The notes beneath the pieces were generated by a model, which saw only the letters and a list, made by a program, of their open reading frames with translations, had not been told where the DNA came from and did no database searches. Position numbers and translations under genes: made by a program. From Parcubacteria group bacterium (lineage in GTDB: Bacteria; Patescibacteriota; Patescibacteriia; UBA2169), in the NCBI GenBank assembly GCA_016181765.1, contig JACOYR010000004.1, positions 201,853 through 265,852 of the forward strand: DNA of 64,000 nucleotides, written 5' to 3'. This document shows, piece after piece, positions 43,886 to 56,461 of this stretch. How positions within the stretch are numbered: position 1 is the stretch's first letter; the number at the start of each line of letters is the position of its first letter.

Positions 43886-44167
43886 ATGAATAACGATGAA
43901 GAACTAATTAAAAAAGCCGATATTCAGAGGATAGCAGAAGAAGGGGCGAAGATTTACGACCAGATTAAGGTCAATTATGACCCCAAAGAAAGGGGCAAGT
44001 TTTTGGCTATTGATATTGATAGCAAAAAGGCATATCTCGGCAACACAAGTGCTGAAGCGTTGGAGCTGGCAAGACAAAATCATCCCAATAAGGTCTTTTA
44101 TGTTGTGAAGATAGGATTTGATGTTGCCGAAACAATGGCGAAAACATTTACTGACAGCTTTAAGTAA
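43886..44167 (+). CDS. hypothetical small protein (94 aa)
   Basis: It lies in an AT-rich islet, and the Met at 43886 is the likely start. It is paired with the downstream aspartic-protease-like gene. Confidence 0.45.
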   Translation: MNNDEELIKKADIQRIAEEGAKIYDQIKVNYDPKERGKFLAIDIDSKKAYLGNTSAEALELARQNHPNKVFYVVKIGFDVAETMAKTFTDSFK

Positions 44168-44175
44168 TTTGTAAA

Positions 44176-44544
44176 ATGATTAGCGGCGTATTTGTAGAAA
44201 ACATACCCTTAATAAAAGTTGTAGTGGCTTGGGGGCAATCAGTGCAAGCCCCTTTTGTTATTTTGGACACTGGTTTTACTGGTGATTTTCAAGTAACACC
44301 CAAGATAGCAGGAGAACTCGGTCTCCAAGTTGCTGGTGTTACAAAAACACAAATTGCCAATGGCGATGTTATTGAAGTTCCCGTAGCTCTCGCAGTTGCG
44401 GCGATGGAAGGGGCGGTAAATTACATTCAAGTTTTAATATCTGAAAGTATGCCGTTAGCTGGTATCAGCTTTTTGTCTAAATTTGGCTATAAGGCAAGTA
44501 TAGATTGTAAATACAGAACTGTGGCATTGGAGAGAATGATATAG
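44176..44544 (+). CDS. retropepsin-like (clan AA) aspartic peptidase domain protein
   Basis: The ILDTGFTGDF segment carries a D-T-G active-site signature typical of A2 retropepsin-like proteases. The product is 122 aa. Confidence 0.6.
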   Translation: MISGVFVENIPLIKVVVAWGQSVQAPFVILDTGFTGDFQVTPKIAGELGLQVAGVTKTQIANGDVIEVPVALAVAAMEGAVNYIQVLISESMPLAGISFLSKFGYKASIDCKYRTVALERMI

Positions 44545-44646
44545 TGACTAGTGCGGTGGGTTTAAGTTGCCGAGGACGTGATGCAAAAATCCATGCACCG
44601 GAACACTAATCATGAGCAGTGGCGGTTCCCCATAACTAGAGAGCGC

Positions 44647-45075
44647 CTACGGCTTCGGCAGCTTGCGGTACTTGTTAGCCACGCGCACGCGGGCAAATTC
44701 CTTTTCCAGCTTTGCTTGCAAGGCCGCGTAATCAACGTCTTCGTGGTGGCGCGCCTCGGACATCAGTTTCTCGGCGCGCTCATGCGCTTCCTTGGCGCGC
44801 GCCACGTCAATTTCTTCGGCGCGCTCGGCCGTGTCCGCCAGCACCACCAAAGAATTGTCCGGCCGCACCTCGCAAAATCCGCCGGAGACGGCCAGGGCGT
44901 ATTCTTCCTCCCCTTTCTTGCAGCGCAATTCACCGCTTTGCAAAACCGTAACCAACGGTATATGCCCGGGTAAAACAGTAATTTCGCCGGACGTGGTCAT
45001 CATGGTAACTTGGTCAATCTGGTCTTCAAAAACCACGCGCTCCGGAGTGATAATTTTGAAGTTAATCGTGCCCAT
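44647..45075 (-). CDS. atpC: ATP synthase F1 epsilon subunit
   Basis: A conserved N-terminal beta-sandwich (…ITPERVVFEDQ…) is present, and the gene follows atpD. Confidence 0.9.
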   Translation of the reverse strand: MGTINFKIITPERVVFEDQIDQVTMMTTSGEITVLPGHIPLVTVLQSGELRCKKGEEEYALAVSGGFCEVRPDNSLVVLADTAERAEEIDVARAKEAHERAEKLMSEARHHEDVDYAALQAKLEKEFARVRVANKYRKLPKP

Positions 45076-45077
45076 GG

Positions 45078-47324
<2,247 letters not shown>

Positions 47325-47335
<11 letters not shown>

Positions 47336-48812
47336 AGTCCTCGCACGCAGTCTTTAATTCGCCTTCTATGGAATCGTCCCACTCGCCTTTCCCAATCTTA
47401 TCAAGCAAATGCTTATGGGTTTTATTCATGTGGCTGTGAAACTTTTCTTCCCAAACGCGGATATCCGGCACCCCTACGTTATTGGCAAAGCCGTTGGAGA
47501 TGGCGTAAATCACGGCCACTTGGTTGGCCGCGGGCAGGGGCGCAAACTGCGGCTGTTTTAGAATTTCAACCAGGCGCTGACCCAAATCAATCTGCTTTTT
47601 GGTTTCCGGATCCAAATCGCTTGAGAACTGGGCAAAGGCTTCCAGCTCGCGGAACTGGGCCATGGCAAGCTTCATCTTGCCGGCCACTTTCTTCATGGGT
47701 TTAATCTGCGCGGCCGCGCCCACGCGGGACACGGAAATGCCGATATTAAGAGCCGGTCGGATGCCGCGGTAGAACAAATCGGTTTCCAGGAAAATCTGGC
47801 CGTCCGTAATGGAAATGACGTTGGTCGGGATGTAGGCGGTCACGTCCCCGGCTTGGGTTTCAATAATCGGCAAAGCCGTGATGGAGCCGCCGCCCGACTC
47901 CTTATTACGACGACAAGCCCGCTCCAGCAGGCGGGAATGTAAATAAAATACATCCCCCGGATAAGCCTCGCGGCCCGGCGGGCGGCGCAGCAAGAGCGAA
48001 ATTTCGCGATAGGCCCAGGCCTGCTTGGATAAATCGTCGTAAATCACCAGCACGTCTTTCCCTTGATCCATAAAATATTCGGCCATAGCCACGCCCGCGT
48101 ACGGCGCAATATAGAGGAGCGAGGCCGGATCCGAAGCGCCGGCCGAAACCACAATCGTATAATCCATGGCCCCGGTTTCTTTAAGTTTCGCCACCAAGCG
48201 CGCCACCTTGGATTCTTTCTGCCCGATGGCCACGTACACGCACACCATGTCCTGGCCTTTTTGGTTGATGATCGTGTCAATCGCCACCGCGGTTTTGCCG
48301 GTCTGCCTGTCGCCGATGATGAGCTCGCGCTGGCCGCGGCCGATCGGAATCATGGCGTCAATGGCCTTGATGCCGGTCTGAACCGGTTGCGACACGCCCT
48401 GGCGGGTCGCAACTCCGGGCGCGATCCGTTCAATAGGATAGAATTTTTTTGATTTGATGGGAGATCCCCCGTCAATGGGCGCGCCCAGGGGATTGACGAC
48501 GCGGCCGATCAGCTCTTCGCCCACGGGCACGGACAAGATGCGGCCCGTGCGCTTAACCGTATCCCCTTCTTTAATATGGGCATATTCGCCCAAGAGCACG
48601 GCGCCGATGGTTTCTTCTTCCAGGTTCAGAGCCACGCCAAAGGTAGCGCCGGGAAACTCCAACATTTCATTAAACTGGCAGCGCGTTAAGCCTGACAAGC
48701 GGGCAATGCCGTCCCCGACTTCAATCACCGCGCCCACCTCCTCAACGTGGACCGCGCTCTCAAAGCCCTCTATCTGTTTTTTTAGTTGTTCAACAATGGC
48801 ATTGATTGACAT
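47325..48812 (-). CDS. atpA: ATP synthase F1 alpha subunit
   Basis: The P-loop GDRQTGKTA and its overall similarity support the call. Confidence 0.97.
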
Positions 48813-48816
48813 AGGT

Positions 48817-49206
48817 TTAAGAAGCTAGCTTCATCGTTAAGTTGCGTAATTGGGTGGCCGCACTGGCGTCAAAAATGGTATCCCGGCTCCGCACCACCAC
48901 ACCGCCCAGGAGGCGCGCGTTGCGCGTGGTTGTGGCCTCCGCTTTTTCGCCGAAAATTTTTTTTATGCGGCCCACTGTTGCCCCATCCAGCAGAAAGGCG
49001 CTCTCTATGTGAATCTCCGCAATCCCTTCTTGGGCCTTGGCGTAATGGATGAATGCGCCGATGATCCTGTCCGCGCGCCGGAGCGCGCGCTCGCGCGCCA
49101 GGAGCGCCGCAAAATGCCGAATGGCTTTTTCCAAGGCCGCGCCGCGCTTATTGGCCGTGATTTCGTACAGGGCGCGCGCATAGGTTTGGGGAGTTCTGGT
49201 ATCCAT
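48817..49206 (-). CDS. atpH: ATP synthase delta (OSCP) subunit, short form
   Basis: The 129-aa product lies between atpF and atpA and has an OSCP-like helical N-terminus. Confidence 0.75.
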   Translation of the reverse strand: MDTRTPQTYARALYEITANKRGAALEKAIRHFAALLARERALRRADRIIGAFIHYAKAQEGIAEIHIESAFLLDGATVGRIKKIFGEKAEATTTRNARLLGGVVVRSRDTIFDASAATQLRNLTMKLAS

Positions 49207-49207
49207 A

Positions 49208-49705
49208 CTACGCTTTGAGCTTGCTGATGATGCCCGCGATCAGCTTCTTGTCTTTTTCTGCGGTCATCTTTTCGCCAATGAGCTTCTCTAAAGCCGCGCC
49301 CACCACCCCTGCCGCCTCTTCCTTGAAAGCCGCCATCATCTCTTCTTTTTCCGCCTGGACCGTGCGCTTGGCTTGCGCAACCAGGCGCTCTATCTCCACG
49401 CGCGCCTTGGCTTTCAGCTCCTCGGATACTGCCCCGGCCTCGTTCGCCGCAGCAATCAGCACTTTTTCCGCTTCCACTCTGGCCGCGTGCATGCGTTTTT
49501 TGTAGTCAGCCTCGGACGCGGCCAGGCGGCCCTGGATCTTCTCGGCGTTGTCCAGGCTCTGGTCAATGACGTTTTTCCGTTCCTCAAGTTTTTTTGCGAG
49601 CGGCTTTAAAATCAGCCACCACAGTATGGCCGCCACCAAAACGAAGTTCCCAAGCTGGAATAAAAACAGGCGCACATCAAGCCCGAACGAGGCTAAAATA
49701 TCCAT
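49208..49705 (-). CDS. atpF: ATP synthase F0 B subunit
   Basis: An N-terminal TM helix is followed by a long charged helix. Confidence 0.8.
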   Translation of the reverse strand: MDILASFGLDVRLFLFQLGNFVLVAAILWWLILKPLAKKLEERKNVIDQSLDNAEKIQGRLAASEADYKKRMHAARVEAEKVLIAAANEAGAVSEELKAKARVEIERLVAQAKRTVQAEKEEMMAAFKEEAAGVVGAALEKLIGEKMTAEKDKKLIAGIISKLKA

Positions 49706-49755
49706 AAAAAAATAATCTTATTCGGGCTGTCCAGCAAGTGAACGGCCCAATAAAA

Positions 49756-49977
49756 CTACTTCAAAGTGAACACCACCACCAACGCGTAAATGGCGATGGA
49801 CTCGGCAAACGCCGCGCCCAAGAGCATGGGCACAAACACCTTGCCCGATGCCTCGGGGTTGCGGCCGATTGACTCCAGGGCTTTGGCCACCAGGCGGCCG
49901 ATGGCGAGCGCGGGCCCCAGGCCGCCGATCGCTATGGCAAAGGCCTTGGCCAGGACCACGACTGATTCATGTTCCAT
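49756..49977 (-). CDS. atpE: ATP synthase F0 C subunit
   Basis: The 73-aa helical hairpin carries the conserved Glu (…AAFAESIAIYALVVVF). Confidence 0.9.
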   Translation of the reverse strand: MEHESVVVLAKAFAIAIGGLGPALAIGRLVAKALESIGRNPEASGKVFVPMLLGAAFAESIAIYALVVVFTLK

Positions 49978-50058
49978 ATCATTTCCTTTCTTACGGGCGC
50001 GTCCGGCCGAGGGGAAGTATGTTTAACCTCGCCGCGGCGCCCACTCTGATAAGTAATG

Positions 50059-50841
50059 CTAATGCGCCTCTTCGTGGACCGGCGCGGTGGTTGCAACCGT
50101 CAGGTACATCAACGCGAGCATCGCGAATACTCCGGCCTGGACCACGCCCACCAAAAGCTCCAGCAGCATAAACGGCGCCGGCACCGCCACACCAACCAAA
50201 CTCGCCATCACCGAGAGCAGCACCTCGCCCGCGAACACGTTGCCAAAGAGCCGCAAGGACAAGGAGAGCACCTTGGCAAGCTCGCTCACTATCTCAATCA
50301 GGCCCACGCCCAGCTCAATGATGGCCGTAAAAATAGCCACCGGCCCTTTTCTTAAGCTCTTGATGAAGCTGCCGATTTGGATAAATTTGTTCAGATGGGT
50401 GAACACGCCAACTGTGATGAATCCGTACGCGTGCGACAGCGCCACCGCCGAAATGGCCATGGCAGCCGTTAAATTCAAGTCCGTATTGGCCGGGCGCAGG
50501 ACAAACTCGTGGTTCCAGGTTAAGCTGCCGGTGCCGGGCAAAAGGCCGAGCCAATTGGAGAGCAGGATGAAAAAAAACACGCTGCCCGCGATAGGCAAGA
50601 AGGTGAGCGTTTTCTTCCGGTCGCCCGTCACCTGGTCAAAATACCCAAGCATGGTCTCCAAAAAAAACTCCAGGGCGTTCTGCAATCCAGCCGGCCGCAG
50701 GGAGAGGCGCACGCGGACCGCGATGCCGAGCGCCAAAAAAATCACGATCGCGAGCCACGCGTTGATGATGGTGTTGGTAATGCCAAAACTGCCGAGGTGG
50801 AAAACAACATCAGGAGCCAATGTGGGGATATGGAATTCCAT
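50059..50841 (-). CDS. atpB: ATP synthase F0 A subunit
   Basis: The 260-aa polytopic product carries a conserved Arg region (…LSLRLFGNVFAGEVLL…). Confidence 0.9.
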   Translation of the reverse strand: MEFHIPTLAPDVVFHLGSFGITNTIINAWLAIVIFLALGIAVRVRLSLRPAGLQNALEFFLETMLGYFDQVTGDRKKTLTFLPIAGSVFFFILLSNWLGLLPGTGSLTWNHEFVLRPANTDLNLTAAMAISAVALSHAYGFITVGVFTHLNKFIQIGSFIKSLRKGPVAIFTAIIELGVGLIEIVSELAKVLSLSLRLFGNVFAGEVLLSVMASLVGVAVPAPFMLLELLVGVVQAGVFAMLALMYLTVATTAPVHEEAH

Positions 50842-50847
50842 GGGTAA

Positions 50848-51111
50848 TTACTTGCTCGTGCCTAACTTCTGGTACTCCGCGCCGTAGCGCTTGGCTTTGC
50901 GGTAGATAACCGTGCCGGACAAGAAAGCCGCCAGGATGAAAGCCAGAACCGTAAAAAGCCAGCCCCCCTGGTACCGCTCATCAAGCCATCTGCCTGCGAG
51001 CACGAACAGGACCACGGGCACGGCAATGGCGGCGCCAAAATCGCCTATGATGCGGAACGCGAGCAGGTGGTAGCTCCGGTCGGGCGATGAAGAGAGTTTC
51101 GGCTCGTTCAT
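50848..51111 (-). CDS. AtpI/AtpZ-like small membrane protein upstream of atpB
   Basis: It is an 87-aa, 2-TM protein in the usual atpI position. Confidence 0.5.
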   Translation of the reverse strand: MNEPKLSSSPDRSYHLLAFRIIGDFGAAIAVPVVLFVLAGRWLDERYQGGWLFTVLAFILAAFLSGTVIYRKAKRYGAEYQKLGTSK

Positions 51112-51142
51112 AACTAAAAAAAGTAGGTAACTGTGTACGGTG

Positions 51143-51171
51143 CCCTAACCACATTAAGAACCCTTTCCGCG
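51143..51171 (-). promoter_or_regulatory. candidate atp operon promoter: -35 TTGACA, 17-bp spacer, -10 CTTAAT
   Basis: The minus strand reads gcaTTGACAcagccgcggaaagggttCTTAATgtgg. Confidence 0.3.
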
Positions 51172-51211
51172 GCTGTGTCAATGCTCCTTAGCCCTTGATT
51201 TTTTTCCGAAA

Positions 51212-51670
51212 CTATAGTATATGGAGCACCCCCAGGCTCGCGAGCGCCACCGCCAAACCGGCAAGGAGCACTCCCGAAAAAATGAGCCCGAGCGAACGCC
51301 AGAACGGCAACCCGAGCAAATAGGCCGCAACAGAGCCGCTCCAGGCTCCGGTCAGGGGCAGCGGAATCGCCACAAACACCACAAGCGCAATGGAGCCGTA
51401 CACTTCCCACTTCCCGGTAATTTTGCGGCGCGTGCGGCTGAACACCCACGCAAAAAAACGCTCCCAGAGCCGGGAGCGGCTCGCGAGGAACGTGGACACC
51501 GCATCCAAAAAAAGCAGTAAAAAAACGACCGGCACCATGTTTCCCAGTACCGAGAGCGCGTAGGCTTCGGCTATGGAGAGGCCGAGCGATCCCAATGCCA
51601 GGGGAATAGCCAAACGCAGTTCCCCGATTGGGGTCATAGCCGCGAGCGCTGTTTGTAGGTATGGATCCAT
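51212..51670 (-). CDS. small multidrug-export-like membrane protein (COG2426-like)
   Basis: The 4-TM product has Met 51670 (MDPYLQTALAAMTPIGELRLAIPLAL…) as its likely start. The ORF is open to 51820. Confidence 0.45.
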   Translation of the reverse strand: MDPYLQTALAAMTPIGELRLAIPLALGSLGLSIAEAYALSVLGNMVPVVFLLLFLDAVSTFLASRSRLWERFFAWVFSRTRRKITGKWEVYGSIALVVFVAIPLPLTGAWSGSVAAYLLGLPFWRSLGLIFSGVLLAGLAVALASLGVLHIL

Positions 51671-51759
51671 GGTGTACTCTGCTTCCGCGGCTGCAAAGCC
51701 AGAAAAATGGGGCCAGGACCCATTTTTCCTTGCATGAAAAATCTTTTCTCGGCGCGCTA

Positions 51760-51936
51760 TCCCTTGCTCATCTCGCCGGCGACCAAGACCACGCCAAACG
51801 CGACCAAGACCACGGGCCACACCGGAAAGTCAATATCCACAAATCCCATCTGGCGCGCGTAGAGCAGAATCCCGAGGATGATCAAAAATACGCCGAACGT
51901 GATCTGCGCGGAGTGTGCCATCAACTTTTTTGCCAT
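51760..51936 (-). CDS. small membrane protein (59 aa), hypothetical
   Basis: The ORF translates as MAKKLMAHSAQITFGVFLIILGILLYARQMGFVDIDFPVWPVVLVAFGVVLVAGEMSKG and is below the track's 60-aa cut-off. Confidence 0.3.
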
Positions 51937-52015
51937 AGTTTTATTTTATTTTTTTAGTGCCCGGGTACGACTTTTCCACAGGCGGTTATAGTATAGCACA
52001 TTTTGCGCCATCCGG

Positions 52016-52979
52016 CTACTCATCAACTTTTTCCGGCCCCTCAATCAGTTCAGGCATAACCCCGGATTCAGTGCGGCCCGTGATTTTCATCACGTCCTTA
52101 TCTATCTTCCCGAGCTCCCGGAACGACGTATTGTACGCATTGACCGTGGTTGCGAGGTGCCCGCCGAGCTTGCGGACGTACTCCTCGTAATTCACGATGT
52201 GCTTTCCCAAAGCCTCCACCTGCGTGCGGATCGCCTGGGCGTCCTTTTCTATCTGCAAGGCTTTCAAGCCCTGGAGCACGGTCTGCAGGTACGCGAGAAA
52301 CGACGTGGGGGACACAATGATGACGTGCTTCCGCTTGAACGCGTACTCAATCAAATCTTCGGTTGAGATTTTTACGGCCCCAACTTTGTTGATGAGCAGG
52401 TCATAGTAAATGCCCTCGCTCGGGATGAACATGAACGCAAAATCCATGGTCCCCTCGCTCGGGCGGATGTACTTTGCGGTCTCGTCAATCCTGTTCTTGA
52501 GGTCGTTCTTGAACACCTTCTCGTGCCGGTTCCGGTCCTCTTCTGTGTCCGCGGCAATCACGCGGTTGTAGTTTTCCAGGGAAAATTTTGAATCAACAGG
52601 CACGATCTTCTCGTCAATGAACACGGCCGCGTCAACGATTTCCCCGTCCTTGAATTTGTACTGCATCTGGTAGCTGCCTGTTGGTCTCGTCCAACTTGGT
52701 GAGGCGCTCGGTCACGTCTTTCAGGATCTGGTGGGACTGGCCCGTGATCCCCTGGATGATTTTTGAGGACTGCCCGAATTGCGCTTGCATCATCTTGGTT
52801 GATTCCCCGAGCTTGGAATCCAGGGTGCGCGTAAGCTCATTAAGCTGGTTCTGCAGCAATTGCAGGCCTTGTGTGTCCGGCGGCTTTTGCATTTCGCGGA
52901 TGCGCCCGATCAGCACAAATACAAGCGCGCTAAAGCCCGCCAAAAGGATGATGATAATGATTAAAAATGTTACATCCAT
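52016..52979 (-). pseudogene. rmuC: DNA recombination protein RmuC, split into two overlapping ORFs by a frameshift near 52650
   Basis: The N-terminal part (52632-52979) carries a TM helix and a coiled coil. The C-terminal part (52016-52666) carries the RmuC domain. The frames overlap by 35 bp. Confidence 0.7.
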
Positions 52980-53061
52980 AATGTCATTGCGAGGGAGCGA
53001 TAGCTCCCGCGGCAATCCTTGGTCCCGAGCGAAGCGTGGGGATCATCAACGCGCTAAGGCT

Positions 53062-54246
53062 CTAGATTCCAAAAAAGCGTCTAGCGTTCTCCGTAGTTTG
53101 GGAAGCCACTGTATCATAGTCCTGCCCCCGAATGAACGCAATACCCCTGGCCACATATTCAACATATGACGGTTCATTTTGCTTTCCGCGGTAGGGCTCG
53201 GGCGCCAAATAAGGTGAATCAGTCTCAATCATCATCCGATCCATGGGAATATTGCGTACTACCTCCTTTAATGTTTCGCTGGCGTTTTTGAATGTCACAA
53301 TGCCGGTAAAGGAAAGCATCAGCCCCAAATCCAAAAACTTTTTAGCCATCGCCCAGTCCCCGCCATAGCAGTGCAGAACGCACTTGAAATACCCGAAGTC
53401 TTTGATGATATTATAGAGATGTTCGTAAGCCGTAAGACCACCCCCCAGTCCCCTCTGTCGTGCCGGAATGGGAATCTCCTCTGATACCATTCCCCCTCCT
53501 GTAACCAGGAGGGGGTTAGGGGGTGGTGCTTTGGATTCTGTTTTACTATCACGCGAATGCAGTATGACAGGCAGTTTTTTATCCCGCGCAATGGTTAAAT
53601 GCGCCCGCAATAAATCTTCCTGTTTTTTTAAGATAACTTCGCGCTGATTCTCGTCAATATGGAAATGGTCAATCCCGGTCTCCCCGATTGCCACAACTTT
53701 TGGATGATCAGCCGCTTTGTTAAACCAGTCAAAATCGAACTCCTCATCCGTGTGCGTCGGATGCACGCCCAAGGCGGCAAAAACGCCATCGCTGGATTCC
53801 GCGATGGCGATGGATTTTTCACTCGTGGCCTTAGCCGCGCCCACGGCAATCATCTGAATATCTTTCTCCCGGGCGCGTTTGACCACCTCGGGCCAGGAAT
53901 CGTCAAAAGCTTTAAACGCTAAATGGCAATGGGTGTCGATGAGCATAATTAATTGAGGAAAGTGAACAGGGAGTCCTAATTCCGTTGAACCAGTTAATTT
54001 TGTTGCTACAATGCCATTGAGGTCGTACTTCTCTGACTGATAAATGGAACTGACTTGTTGGCCGCCGATAATTCCGTCTTTATTGTATTTCTGAATAAAG
54101 TCGTCAAGCTTAACATTCCCTACTGATATTCCAAAACTTGCTGTATATAACTTCTCTTCTCTTAGACCTGTATATGTTACCCCTCTAGACTCATCGGACG
54201 AACCAGTTACCTCCCAATCAACGGTTGGAGCTAACTTCTTGTTCAT
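53062..54246 (-). CDS. tatD: TatD-family metal-dependent DNase with an about 100-aa N-terminal extension and an internal Pro/Gly-rich insertion
   Basis: TatD motifs MLIDTHCHL… and …GETGIDHF… are present. The insertion KAPPPNPLLVTGGGMVSEEIPIPARQRGLGGG is encoded by GC palindromic elements at 53442-53527. Confidence 0.85.
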   Translation of the reverse strand: MNKKLAPTVDWEVTGSSDESRGVTYTGLREEKLYTASFGISVGNVKLDDFIQKYNKDGIIGGQQVSSIYQSEKYDLNGIVATKLTGSTELGLPVHFPQLIMLIDTHCHLAFKAFDDSWPEVVKRAREKDIQMIAVGAAKATSEKSIAIAESSDGVFAALGVHPTHTDEEFDFDWFNKAADHPKVVAIGETGIDHFHIDENQREVILKKQEDLLRAHLTIARDKKLPVILHSRDSKTESKAPPPNPLLVTGGGMVSEEIPIPARQRGLGGGLTAYEHLYNIIKDFGYFKCVLHCYGGDWAMAKKFLDLGLMLSFTGIVTFKNASETLKEVVRNIPMDRMMIETDSPYLAPEPYRGKQNEPSYVEYVARGIAFIRGQDYDTVASQTTENARRFFGI

Positions 54247-54343
54247 ACGGTCGGTTTTAGGTAATAGAAATCTTAAGTTTGCCGTCCAACGCCTTGGCGA
54301 CTTTGCGCAACAAGCGACGGGCTTGGAAACTGGTCATCCGAAG

Positions 54344-54559
54344 CTAATTAATCTTTTCCAACTGCCCAAAATCCACGGGCACGCCGGTTTTTTCAGCTAT
54401 GGCCTTAACCCACTGGGCGATCAGCGCATCACGGTGTTTGAGCTCAAAATACCGTTTATCGGAAAGGTATGAAATATCCAAACTATCCAAGGTCATTTGT
54501 TTTTTACTGATATCTTCCATAGACTCGCCTATCATACCACGCGGCCGCGCAAAAAACAA
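54344..54559 (-). CDS. hypothetical small protein
   Basis: It is a 58-71-aa ORF between cvpA and tatD. Confidence 0.3.
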   Translation of the reverse strand: MFFARPRGMIGESMEDISKKQMTLDSLDISYLSDKRYFELKHRDALIAQWVKAIAEKTGVPVDFGQLEKIN

Positions 54560-54580
54560 CCCCGCAACAAGCCGCTCACA

Positions 54581-55099
54581 CTATATCAAAGACTGGATCT
54601 GCTTGATGGCGTCCGGCAGAAGCGGCTGGACGATTCCCGCAATCCCGAGAAGAATGGGCGCAACCCGGGAACCGTCAAAAAAATTTTCCACCAAGCCCCC
54701 GAACGGAAACCGCGCCGCAAAATAGAGCACCAAGCCAAGGAGGATGGAGGACTGCAAGAGCCCTAAGGCCGCGCCGAGCAAGCGGTTGCCGAACTGCATG
54801 AACGGCAGCACCGCGACTGACGTGTACACGCGCTCCGCGAGCGAAACGATGAAGCCCACAAGGTAGTTGACCGCGATCAAAAGCGCCACAAACGCGATCA
54901 TGCGCGCCAGGTTGAGGTTGTGGTCAAACCCGATAATCGGCGCGATGAACTCCGCAGCTGGCTCATAGTACCGGCTCGCGAGCGCCACGGCGCCGACCAA
55001 ACCCACAATGCCCCCCACGGACCGGATAAGGCCTTTCCGAAACCCCCAGACCGTGGACCAACCCACCATGGCGAGTAAAATGTAGTCAACGACAAGCAT
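54581..55099 (-). CDS. cvpA: CvpA-family membrane protein
   Basis: The 172-aa, 4-TM product (MLVVDYILLAMVGWSTVWGFRKGLIRSV…) matches CvpA. Confidence 0.8.
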   Translation of the reverse strand: MLVVDYILLAMVGWSTVWGFRKGLIRSVGGIVGLVGAVALASRYYEPAAEFIAPIIGFDHNLNLARMIAFVALLIAVNYLVGFIVSLAERVYTSVAVLPFMQFGNRLLGAALGLLQSSILLGLVLYFAARFPFGGLVENFFDGSRVAPILLGIAGIVQPLLPDAIKQIQSLI

Positions 55100-55119
55100 G
55101 GGAATAGTGTACCAAATAT

Positions 55120-56461
55120 TTACTTCCGGGGGAACAATGGTTTTGCCTTTTTGACCGGCGAACTGCTGAACTGCTCCATAATATATTCCGCGGTTTCAGG
55201 CAAGAACGGCTGCAGGAGAACGGCAATATTCAGAATCTGCTGGCTCACCGGCTCAAGCACTTGCTTTTTCTCGCCTGCTGATTCCATCTCCCAGGGCTTT
55301 GATTCGGCAAGCGTTTCATCAACCCTTGAGAGCTCCCGCCAGAGCACGGCGAGCGCTTCGTTGAACTGGTAGCGCTCCATTGCGGATGAGACGGCCGTAG
55401 CGAGCTTCTTGTCGCTGCCCGGCGCGATGGAAACCGTGATTGCGTCTTTTTCCAAAAGCGTTGAAACGCGGGAGATAACATTCCCCAGGCCATTGGCGAG
55501 GTCTCCGTTGTAGCGCTGTTCAAATTTTTCAATGGTGGTCTATGACCGCACCGCTTGACTTGGACATCTTTTTGCCTTCGCTCGTGATGAATCCGTGGAT
55601 CAGGATCTGTTTGGAATTCGGCAGCCCGGCGGACAAGAGCATTGCCTGCCACATGGATGCCTGCTGGCGCAAATTGTCCTTGCCCGCGATTTGCACGCCC
55701 GGCCAGAACTTTTTGAACATTGCCTCATCGCTTGGCCAGCCGAGCGTGGAAATATAGTTGACCAAGGCATCAAACCACACGTACATCACCTGGCGCTCAT
55801 CCCCGGGAACCGGAACGCCCCAGGGCATTTTCTCCCGCAACCGCGAGACGCTGAAATCTTCCAGCCCGGATTTCACGAACTCCGTAATCTCTTTTAGCCG
55901 GTGCGGGGGCAGCACAAAATCGCTCTGCGATTCATACAGCTTCAAAAGCGGCTCCTGGTACTTTGAAAAACGGAAAAAATAATTTTCCTCGTCTATAGTT
56001 TCAAGGGCTGTATCCGGGTGCAGAGGGCACTTCCCATCCGCAAGTTCTGATTCAGTCTTTTCCAGTTCGCACCCAACGCAGTATTTGACCTTGTAATTTT
56101 TCTTGTAGATGTCCCCTGCCGCCTCGCACCGCTTCCAGAACTCCTGGGCCGCGGCTTTGTGGGCCGGATCAGTGGTGCGGATGAACGCGTTATAGCTCAA
56201 GTTCAGAGCAGCCTTAAGATCATCAAACCGTTGCGCGTGCTTGTCTGTGTACGCCTGCGGATCCTCGTGGGCCTCCTGGGCCTTGCGGTAGATTTTGAGG
56301 CCATGCTCGTCCGTGCCCGTGTTGAAAAACACCTCATCCCCCTGCAAGCGGCGGTAGCGCGCAATGGCGTCCGCCTGCGCGATTTCCAGCGCAAACCCGA
56401 TGTGCGGGCTCGCGTTTACGTACGGAAGGGTGGTGGTGATGTAGAATGGCTTTGCCATCAA
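55120..56461 (-). pseudogene. metG: methionyl-tRNA synthetase (minimal form) interrupted by a frameshift and stop just after the KMSKS motif
   Basis: The 5' ORF (55529-56461) has HIGH-type P-loop PHIGFALE and KMSKS. The 3' ORF (55120-55455) has the anticodon-binding helices FEQRYNGDLANGLGNVISRV. About 30 aa expected between KMSKS and this helix are absent. Confidence 0.8.
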
